Shown: positions 56,386-64,000 of the stretch, piece after piece
Layout of the letters: each line of letters begins with the position of its first letter
Position numbering within the stretch: position 1 is the stretch's first letter
Assembly: GCA_017507215.1 (NCBI GenBank)
Contig: JAFWBI010000007.1
Location: 20,910 to 84,909, forward strand
Direction: 5' to 3'
Length of the DNA: 64,000 nt
Origin: Clostridia bacterium
GTDB lineage: Bacteria > Bacillota > Clostridia > Christensenellales > UBA1242
Notes under the pieces: generated by a model
Seen by the model: the letters and a program-made list of their open reading frames with translations, nothing else
Databases searched by the model: none
Told to the model about the DNA's origin: nothing
Position numbers and translations under genes: made by a program

Positions 56386-57657
56386 ATGAAATTTGAAGAA
56401 TTAATGAAAAAATATTTTGATATTGATGATAACTATATTGAAAAACACAAAGACAAATTATCAAGAATTTCATATTTGAAAGAAGATGCAATCATCAAAA
56501 AAATTGAGTTTTATCAAGATTTGTTTGGATTTTCGAATGGAGATATGAAAAAGATTATTAGAATTGCGCCTGAATATTTGGGTGTTTCAAATGATTTGGT
56601 CATCTCAAAAATTAAGTTTTTTCAAAATTATTTTGGTTTAAGCAAAAAAGATGTTTTGAAAATGGTGAAGACGTTTCCGACTATTTTGATGTATGCAGAT
56701 GAATTTGTGAAGGGGAAAGAAAAGTTTTTCTTTGAAATGTTTGGCATTTCAAAATCTGAATTTGCAAAAATTTTAAAAATATATCCTGCCATTGTGAGTT
56801 ATTTGGAAGATAGTGTGATTTTAAAATTTGAATATATTGAAAAGACATTAGGGGTTAAAAAATCTGAATTTTCAGACCTTTTGAAGGGTTTTCCTGCAGT
56901 TTTGGGTTATTCTGAAGATGCGATTAGTTCAAAAATTAATTTTTATCAATCAAAACTTAAACTTTCTGTGGGTGAGATTGTAAAAATGGTGAAGATTTCT
57001 CCTGCAATTTTAGGATTTTCAGAAGATACTCTAAATTCAAAAATTGAGTTTTTTGAATCAGAGTATGGAATCAAGACTGATGAGTTTGGAAAGATTGTGA
57101 AAAAATATCCAACGATTCTTAACTTAAATGAAAACACAGTTCAAGGAAAAGAAAGCTTTTACAGCCGAGAATTTGGCATAAACAAGGCAGATTTTTCAAA
57201 AATGATTAAATCTAACGCTGCAATATTGGGGCTTTCAGAAGAAACTGTTTTGCTCAAAAAACAACAAATTCAAGATATGAAACTTTCGGCAAAAGATATT
57301 ATTCGTGAGCCGGCAGTGCTTACAGCTCCTGCAAATAGTTTGAAGTTTAGATATATGATTTTAAGGCAAGTTGCAACCAAAGAAGAAATTCTTTCACGAC
57401 CAAATTGGTTTATGCTTAGCCACAAAAAAACGTTTGCAAGGCTTATGGGTCTTTCGGGAAGAGAAGTGAAATTGTCACACCTTTTATGCAACGAAAGTAT
57501 ATTCCAAAAACAATTTGGAATGAGCAGTGATGAGCTTATGGAAGTTTATCCACTTAATGAAGAATCATTGAAACAAATTGTTGCTGGATTCAAAGAAGTT
57601 TCAGATGAAGAAATCTCATTAAGTGATGAAGAAATGCTGTATGCAGTTTTGAAATAA
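56386..57657 (+). CDS. mTERF-like helical repeat protein
   Basis: Seven tandem 36-aa units K..F....FG.....KM....P.IL..SE..., then SLKFRYMIL and LLCNESIF. Confidence 0.8.
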   Translation: MKFEELMKKYFDIDDNYIEKHKDKLSRISYLKEDAIIKKIEFYQDLFGFSNGDMKKIIRIAPEYLGVSNDLVISKIKFFQNYFGLSKKDVLKMVKTFPTILMYADEFVKGKEKFFFEMFGISKSEFAKILKIYPAIVSYLEDSVILKFEYIEKTLGVKKSEFSDLLKGFPAVLGYSEDAISSKINFYQSKLKLSVGEIVKMVKISPAILGFSEDTLNSKIEFFESEYGIKTDEFGKIVKKYPTILNLNENTVQGKESFYSREFGINKADFSKMIKSNAAILGLSEETVLLKKQQIQDMKLSAKDIIREPAVLTAPANSLKFRYMILRQVATKEEILSRPNWFMLSHKKTFARLMGLSGREVKLSHLLCNESIFQKQFGMSSDELMEVYPLNEESLKQIVAGFKEVSDEEISLSDEEMLYAVLK

Positions 57658-57682
57658 AATTTAAAAAGATAAATATATAATC

Positions 57683-57711
57683 AAAAACAAACCATTATGG
57701 TTTGTTTTTTT
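57683..57711 (+). terminator. Intrinsic terminator
   Basis: AAAAACAAACCA-loop-TGGTTTGTTTTT. Confidence 0.8.
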
Positions 57712-57794
57712 ATCTAAAAAATATCAAATTTGCGTTTTTTATTTTTTATATTGTTTTTGTGTGTGCTATAATATTTTAGTAAAGGAATTGGCGT

Positions 57795-58481
57795 ATGAAA
57801 AAAGTTATTTGTGTAACAGGTGGAAGTGATGGAATTGGCAGGGCAATCGCTGAGCATTTTTCAAAAGAATACACCATTGTTGCACTTGCAAGAAGTGAAA
57901 AAAAACTCAAAACCCTTCAAAGAGAATTTGGTGTGAAGTGTTATGCTTTAGATGTGACAAATTCTCGCCAAGTTGAAGATGTTATGTCACACATAATAGC
58001 CGAAAATAACGGAATTGACGTGCTTATTAATGCTGCTGGAGTGCTCTTGTCAGGAGAACTTGCAGATGTTTCATTTGATGAAATTAAGACCATGATAGAC
58101 ACAAATTTGACAGGGCTTATAAACACAACAAAGGCTGTGTCTTCTTGCATGAAAGAAAAGAAGGCAGGGCTAATCATCAACATAAATTCGCAAGCAGGAA
58201 TAGGTTCTGGAATGTCTGGCTTTTCGCTTTACAATGCTTCAAAGTGGGGTGTGACTGGCTTTTCAAAATGCTTGCAAACTGAGCTTGCAAAATATAAAAT
58301 TAAAGTGACAGATGTGTTTCTTGGAAGAACCGACACAAATATATTTCAAAAGGCTGGGCTCGAACGAGATATGAGCAAAGCGCTTAAAACGAGTGACGTT
58401 GTGAAAACTATTGAATTTTTGCTTAATTTGCCAGATGATGTGGTTGTTCCTGAAATTAGCATAAAGAATATCAACAATTAA
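57795..58481 (+). CDS. Short-chain dehydrogenase/reductase
   Basis: TGGSDGIG, INAAG, YNASK. Confidence 0.93.
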   Translation: MKKVICVTGGSDGIGRAIAEHFSKEYTIVALARSEKKLKTLQREFGVKCYALDVTNSRQVEDVMSHIIAENNGIDVLINAAGVLLSGELADVSFDEIKTMIDTNLTGLINTTKAVSSCMKEKKAGLIININSQAGIGSGMSGFSLYNASKWGVTGFSKCLQTELAKYKIKVTDVFLGRTDTNIFQKAGLERDMSKALKTSDVVKTIEFLLNLPDDVVVPEISIKNINN

Positions 58482-58511
58482 TATACATAAAGAAAAAACT
58501 AGGAGAAATTT

Positions 58512-59906
58512 ATGAACAAGTGGGTTAAGAGATTTGAAGAAATTATGTCGATTCCAAGACCATCGGGAAAGGAAGAAAAAATTGCTGATTATCTTTGTGA
58601 TTTTGCAAGAAAAAACAAGCTTAAAAGGTTTAGAGATGAACTTAACAATGTGATTATCAAAAAAGATAATGGAAGTCAAGAAACCATTATTTTGCAGGCG
58701 CATACAGACATGGTTTGTGTTGCAGATAAAGGCATGATTCACAACTTTAATGAGCAGGGAATCAACTGGGTTGTTGAAGACGGTTTTATAAGAGCAAAGG
58801 GCACAACACTTGGCGCTGATAATGGAATTGGAATGGCTGTGATTTTGGCACTTTTAGAAGAAGACGTTCAAGGTATGCCAAACATTGAAGCTGTTTTCAC
58901 TGTTCAAGAAGAAACCACAATGGCTGGTGCAAAAGCTCTTGACTATTCAAAGCTTGAAGGAAAAACACTTTTAAGCTTAGATGGTGACAGAGAAGGTGTT
59001 TTAGAAGTTTCAAGTGCTGGAATTTGTGACCTTTTGTTTGAAAAGAAACTAAAGGAAATTAAGCAAAAAGATGGAACGTCTGTGTATAGTGTTGAAATTT
59101 CAAATCTAATTGGTGGTCATTCTGGCGAAGATATTAATAAAAAACGATACAATGCGATTGAAATTTTGGGCAAGATTTTGAAAGAAATCAATCCTGTGGG
59201 CATTGTGTCAATTTTTGGTGGAGAGCGAAGCAACGTTATTCCGAGCACAGCCAGCTGTGAATTTGTTTCTGAAAAATCAATGGGTGAAATAAGCTTTATT
59301 TGCAGCAAGTTTAGAGAACTTGAAGAAGAAAATGGCAACCACCCAACAATTTTGGCAAGCAAGCTTGAAGACCGAAAATGGGTGATTTATGACGAAGACG
59401 AAATGGTGAGTTTTATCAATAATTTTGAACATGGAGTGCTCAGATTTGTTGATGGAAATCAGCCAATAACTTCTGAAAATATGGGTATTTTAAGACTTTC
59501 AGATGGCAAAATAAAAATCAGAGCGAGCCTTAGAAGTTCGGATAAGGGTGACGAAGAAAAACAGTTGAAACTTTTAAAAGCACTCGGAAAAATTCACGGA
59601 TTTTCATTTGAACTTCTTTGTCAAAATCCTTTCTTTGAGTGCAAGGGAAGTTCAAAACTTCGTGACTCATTAAAGTTTGTTTATGAAAAATTATATCAAA
59701 AGCAAGTGAGAGAAAAGCATATTCACGCAGGTCTTGAAGGTGGTGTTTTTGCTGAAAATATCGAAGACCTTGATGTTTGTGTTGCTGCAGCAGATATTTA
59801 TGACCTTCACTCAACCAAAGAAAGAGTGGATATTGCTTCGGTTGAAAGAACTTATGAATGGGTGAAGCAGGCGCTTATCAACTTTGCAAAAGAAAAACTT
59901 ATGTAA
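58512..59906 (+). CDS. pepD: Aminoacyl-histidine dipeptidase (M20C)
   Basis: LQAHTDMV, TTLGADNGIG, QEET, GGHSG, IHAGLE, DLHS. Confidence 0.9.
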   Translation: MNKWVKRFEEIMSIPRPSGKEEKIADYLCDFARKNKLKRFRDELNNVIIKKDNGSQETIILQAHTDMVCVADKGMIHNFNEQGINWVVEDGFIRAKGTTLGADNGIGMAVILALLEEDVQGMPNIEAVFTVQEETTMAGAKALDYSKLEGKTLLSLDGDREGVLEVSSAGICDLLFEKKLKEIKQKDGTSVYSVEISNLIGGHSGEDINKKRYNAIEILGKILKEINPVGIVSIFGGERSNVIPSTASCEFVSEKSMGEISFICSKFRELEEENGNHPTILASKLEDRKWVIYDEDEMVSFINNFEHGVLRFVDGNQPITSENMGILRLSDGKIKIRASLRSSDKGDEEKQLKLLKALGKIHGFSFELLCQNPFFECKGSSKLRDSLKFVYEKLYQKQVREKHIHAGLEGGVFAENIEDLDVCVAAADIYDLHSTKERVDIASVERTYEWVKQALINFAKEKLM

Positions 59907-60008
59907 CAAAATAACTTGTTTTGTAAAAATGAAAAAATTTTATAAAAATCATTTTGTTAATGGCTTGCAGGTTGATTATAATTGTGGATATGAATAAAGG
60001 AGAACTTT

Positions 60009-60896
60009 ATGAGAAAATTTGAAATATCAGCAGATTCAACCTGCGATTTATATAAAGACGAAGCACAAAAACTTGGAGTTTATATTGGCAGACTCAATTT
60101 TGTTATTGAGCAAGGAAAAGAAACAGAAGAGTTTTTGGACGACTTTTCTTCAGAAGAAGAATATGTGGCGTTTTTTCAAAAACTTAGAGAAGGGGCTGTT
60201 GCTAGAACCAGCATTTTAAACCTTCAAGCACATGTTGATTTGTTTACAAAAATGGCAGAAGATGGCGTTAAAAATGCACTCCATTTTTCGCAGTCTAAGG
60301 GGCTTAGTCCAACCATTGACAATGCTGTGAAGGCGATTGAAATTGTTAAAGAAAAGTATCCTGACATCAACTATTTGGCAGTTGAAACAAACACAACCAC
60401 TGTTGGCGAAGGCATGCTTGTAAAACTTGCTTGCAAGCTTCGTGACCAAGGCAAAACAAATGCAGAAGTTAAAGAAATTATTGAAAATGAAAAGAATCAC
60501 ATTCAACATTTCATTTTGGTTGATGACCTTATGTATTTAAGGCGTGGTGGAAGAATTGGTGCAGTTTCAGCAGTGTTTGGAACGGTTTTAAACATTAAGC
60601 CAATAATTGAATTCACCAAAGAAGGAAAGCTTGAAGTTGTTCGAAAAGAAAAGGGCACAAAGAAAGCTATGAAATCTATTGTTTCAGAATTTTCAAAGTT
60701 CACAAAGAGCGAAAATTTTGACATTGTGATTGTTCATGCAGACAACCTTCCACTTGCAACAGAACTTCAAGAAATGTTTGAAAAAGAGTATAACATCAAG
60801 CCAGAAATTCGAATTATGGGTCCAATTATCGGCGCTCATGTTGGACCAGGAATGGTTGCATATGCTTTTATCAGCAACGAAGAAAGACCTTATTAA
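60009..60896 (+). CDS. DegV family fatty-acid-binding protein
   Basis: ADSTCDL, SKGLS, L.YLRRGGRI, GAHVGPG. Confidence 0.93.
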   Translation: MRKFEISADSTCDLYKDEAQKLGVYIGRLNFVIEQGKETEEFLDDFSSEEEYVAFFQKLREGAVARTSILNLQAHVDLFTKMAEDGVKNALHFSQSKGLSPTIDNAVKAIEIVKEKYPDINYLAVETNTTTVGEGMLVKLACKLRDQGKTNAEVKEIIENEKNHIQHFILVDDLMYLRRGGRIGAVSAVFGTVLNIKPIIEFTKEGKLEVVRKEKGTKKAMKSIVSEFSKFTKSENFDIVIVHADNLPLATELQEMFEKEYNIKPEIRIMGPIIGAHVGPGMVAYAFISNEERPY

Positions 60897-60912
60897 TAAA
60901 TTTATGCAAAAC

Positions 60913-60940
60913 AAAAACCAGCAAAATTGCTGGTTTTTTT
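60913..60940. terminator. Bidirectional terminator
   Basis: AAAAACCAGCAA-AA-TTGCTGGTTTTT. Confidence 0.8.
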
Positions 60941-60956
60941 GATGGGCAAAATAAGA

Positions 60957-61508
60957 TTATTTATCTTTTAATTGCTTTTTATATGCGTCGATATAAGATT
61001 TGATTTCTTTGCAAGTTTCATATGGCATCAAAACGTGGTTGAAACGATAACCACTAGCACCACTTCCACCAACAGGGCTTGCAGCGCTGCCAAATGACAA
61101 CGAGCCAGTATTTTTCTTCATGATTTTGTCAAGAAGGCTAACATAAACGTCGATGGCTCCAATCATCGACATATCTAAACTTTTATAGTCGACGCCGAAG
61201 ATTCCTGAGCGAATGATGACACGTTTGTTTGAATAAGCATAGTAAACATTTTTATAATGAAGGGCAGTAAACAGCATTAAAAATGCGAATATAACAACAT
61301 AAAGCCCGATTGGAATAAGGACATAGATTTTGTTGATGGTCATGCCTTCTTCAGGAACCAAAACGGCAATGATTCCAAACATTAAAAACCAGAATGACCA
61401 CATAAAGTTCAAAACAATCGAAGACAAAAACAATTTGCCTTTGTTTGGTTTAAAGACCTTAATGATTTTTTCATCGTCATCTAAAATGTGCGAAAATAAG
61501 TTTTCCAT
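60957..61508 (-). CDS. Membrane protein with bacterial PH domain
   Basis: Two TMs, then YAYSNKRVIIRSGIFG. Confidence 0.8.
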   Translation of the reverse strand: MENLFSHILDDDEKIIKVFKPNKGKLFLSSIVLNFMWSFWFLMFGIIAVLVPEEGMTINKIYVLIPIGLYVVIFAFLMLFTALHYKNVYYAYSNKRVIIRSGIFGVDYKSLDMSMIGAIDVYVSLLDKIMKKNTGSLSFGSAASPVGGSGASGYRFNHVLMPYETCKEIKSYIDAYKKQLKDK

Positions 61509-61624
61509 AAGCACTCCTTATATCGAAATTATAGCAAAAATCGTTAAATTTTACAAATATAATGAGAAATTTATTATAAATTTTGATTAAAACAGACAGG
61601 TGTTGTATAATAGGCATATTACAA

Positions 61625-63166
61625 ATGAAGAAAATTATGAATTTTAGACCACTTGTTTTATTTGCTGTGTCGCTGATTTTGGGAGTTGTTTTGGCGACAT
61701 TCGTTTTTGTGAGCGAAAATTTGAAACTTGTGTTTTTGATAATGTTTCTTTTGGCGTTGGTTTGCTCAATTATTTTAATCGTGATTTTTAAGGCGAAGTT
61801 TTTGAAATATTTGGCAGTGAGCATTGCACTGATAGTTTTTGCAGTTGGATATATGTTTGGCGTGCAACACAAAATTAATAATTTGGCAAAATATAACGAA
61901 ACCGAAGTTGTGATTTCTGGCAGAATCTGCTCGAATTACAAATTTACAAATTCGGGAAAATTGGGTTTTCTCATTGACAATGTTTGTGTTATTGACGAAA
62001 ATGGCAGGAAAGAAATCGATGGCAAAATTCAAGTTTATGTGAGTCCTGACAACTTTGATTTATCTAGCTTGAAAATTGGAAAATATATTTCGTCACTTTC
62101 AACGTTATATGTGAACGACCTGACCGACAAGTCAGGGTATGCACTGTCGGCGATTTCTAACAAAGTTTATGCTTCTGGTTTTTTGGAATATCAATCGTTT
62201 AAGTTTGATGATAAATTCAAAATTTCTATTGACGAAAGGGTTAGGCAAAGCGTTTATAACAAATTAAAGTCATATGACCTTGACTATGCAGATATTGGAT
62301 ATGGAATGCTGTTTGGTGACTCAAACATGGTTGACAAAGATGTGGTTTCGGCGTTTAGAACCACTGGAATTGCACATATTCTTGCCGTCAGTGGTCTGCA
62401 TGTGTCGATTCTTGCAATGCTGGTTAGCTTTGTTTTGAAACTTTTGAAGTGCTCAAACAAAACAAATGTGATTTTAATGGCAATAATTTTGCTTTTATAT
62501 TGTTATTTGTGTGACTTTTCGGTGTCGGTGGTCAGAGCCAGTTTGATGACGATTATGTTCTTATATTTCAAATTGAAGGGAAAGTGTTATGACAGGCTTT
62601 CAGTTCTTGCACTTTCTGCCTGCTTGATTTTGATTATATGTCCGATAAAACTATTTAATGTTTCATTTGTTTTAAGCTTTATGGCTGTGCTTGCAATAAC
62701 TCTTTTGTTTGATGTGTTTGAATGGCTTTTTGACAAGTGTTTTCACAAAAAATTATCAGGAAGTTTGGCACTTATTTTTGCTGTTCAAGTGGAGCTTGTT
62801 TTCGTTCAGCTTTATTTCTTTAAGAATTACACGCCACTGAGCATTGTTTGCAACTTCATATCAATTCCAGTTTCAATTTTGGCATTTGACTTGCTGATTA
62901 TTGGTTTGTTGATTTCGGTTATTTTTCCGTTTATGTCATTCTTGATGGGTGGATTTGATTACTTAATGGGGCTCGTTGTTAAGTTTAACTACACGATTTC
63001 AAAGGTGGGGTTTGCCATCAGTGCAACTAGCTTGAGTTTCTTGATTGTGATTTTTGGAATTGCAATTATGCTGCTGCTTAGCAATTTTGTTTTTATCAAA
63101 AAGAGATATAAGGCAGTGGGAGTGTCGTTATTTATGGTTTTAAGCACAATTTTGATGCTTCTGTGA
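61625..63166 (+). CDS. comEC: ComEC/Rec2 competence membrane protein without MBL domain
   Basis: GIAHILAVSGLHV, SVVRASLM, SFVLSF; upstream of holA. Confidence 0.9.
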   Translation: MKKIMNFRPLVLFAVSLILGVVLATFVFVSENLKLVFLIMFLLALVCSIILIVIFKAKFLKYLAVSIALIVFAVGYMFGVQHKINNLAKYNETEVVISGRICSNYKFTNSGKLGFLIDNVCVIDENGRKEIDGKIQVYVSPDNFDLSSLKIGKYISSLSTLYVNDLTDKSGYALSAISNKVYASGFLEYQSFKFDDKFKISIDERVRQSVYNKLKSYDLDYADIGYGMLFGDSNMVDKDVVSAFRTTGIAHILAVSGLHVSILAMLVSFVLKLLKCSNKTNVILMAIILLLYCYLCDFSVSVVRASLMTIMFLYFKLKGKCYDRLSVLALSACLILIICPIKLFNVSFVLSFMAVLAITLLFDVFEWLFDKCFHKKLSGSLALIFAVQVELVFVQLYFFKNYTPLSIVCNFISIPVSILAFDLLIIGLLISVIFPFMSFLMGGFDYLMGLVVKFNYTISKVGFAISATSLSFLIVIFGIAIMLLLSNFVFIKKRYKAVGVSLFMVLSTILMLL

Positions 63167-63228
63167 TAAAAATGAACTAGACAAACAAGTGTCACTTTGC
63201 TATAATAAAAATGCTTGGAGCAACCCAG

Positions 63229-64000
63229 ATGAAATATATTGAATTAAAAGCGAGTTTGAAAAATAAAGTTGAAAATGCCTATCTGATTTTTGGTGATGAT
63301 AGGTATTTGTGTTATGATGCACTCAAAAAAATTGAAGACTCACTTTCAATCACAATCAAAGATATGAATTCAGTTGTGATTTCGGGTGAGCAGACATCGG
63401 CAAAAGATATTGTTGATTCTGCAAACATGTATCCATTTGGTGATGCGAACAGGTTGGTGGTTGTGAAGAATTTTGCACCACTCAAAAACAAAGAAGAATA
63501 TAAGGTGATTGAAAACTATTTAAAGCAACCACTTGGCTCAACCGTTATTGTGTTTTTCAACCCCGATTCATCGGAATTTTTCAAAGGTATGTCAAACATA
63601 ACACCTGTTGATTGCTCAAAAATTGAGCCTAAAGTGATTTCTGCGTTCGTGAAAAATTCACTTGCAAAAAATGAGATTCAAGCCAACGAAGAAGCTGTTG
63701 ATAAATTGATTTTGTTCTGCGACAGCGACATGACACGAATCACAAATGAGCTTGAAAAACTTATTGCTTATGTGTCTGACACAAAGGTTTTAACACCTGA
63801 CATTGTTCAAGATTTTGTTGTGCAAGACAAAGAATATCAAATTTATGAGCTCGCAGAGTTTATTGCAAAAGGAGATAGCAAAAAGGCAATCGACCTTGTT
63901 GACAGCTTCATGGTGAAGCCAGGCTCAGCATTTGTGATTTTGTCGCCACTTTTTAATAATTACAGAAGGGCGCTTTTTGTATCAATCAACAAAGAAAAGA
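63229..64000 (+). CDS. holA: DNA polymerase III delta subunit, truncated by window end
   Basis: AYLIFGDDRYL, MYPFGDANRLVVVK, NELEKL; conserved comEC-holA synteny. Confidence 0.88.
   Translation, partial: MKYIELKASLKNKVENAYLIFGDDRYLCYDALKKIEDSLSITIKDMNSVVISGEQTSAKDIVDSANMYPFGDANRLVVVKNFAPLKNKEEYKVIENYLKQPLGSTVIVFFNPDSSEFFKGMSNITPVDCSKIEPKVISAFVKNSLAKNEIQANEEAVDKLILFCDSDMTRITNELEKLIAYVSDTKVLTPDIVQDFVVQDKEYQIYELAEFIAKGDSKKAIDLVDSFMVKPGSAFVILSPLFNNYRRALFVSINKEK

Noticed and set aside
56195-64000. Integrative element at tRNA-Glu
   Set aside because: No integrase and no duplicated tRNA 3' end seen; downstream genes are mostly housekeeping

Overview
Chromosomal segment of an AT-rich, anaerobic, probably spore-forming Clostridia-like Firmicute (spmAB, sipL-like, veg, pflB/pflA, PFOR, glgA/glgB, metK with SAM riboswitch, rplM-rpsI, holB-yaaT-ferredoxin-yabB, tatD-rsmA, comEC-holA, tRNA-Glu). 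No transposase, integrase, prophage or CRISPR array was seen. All family assignments come from motif recognition by eye, not database searches. The most notable items are: (1) a tightly coupled three-gene operon (4810-8158) encoding a degenerate HD/Mesh1-like pseudo-hydrolase, a RelA/SpoT synthetase domain with altered motifs fused to two cytidylyltransferase domains, and a DHH-DHHA1 phosphoesterase, followed by a phage gp30.3-like NADAR gene; (2) an mTERF-like protein with seven 36-aa repeats downstream of tRNA-Glu, in a window that also encodes a Rho-like protein lacking its P-loop; (3) a WYL regulator / JAB-domain protein / acidic micropeptide operon, and an AAATCC-N8-GGATTT palindrome at the same position in three promoters, one of which drives a stand-alone FtsK-gamma domain; (4) a recurring TGTGCAWAAA motif, mostly just after intrinsic terminators.
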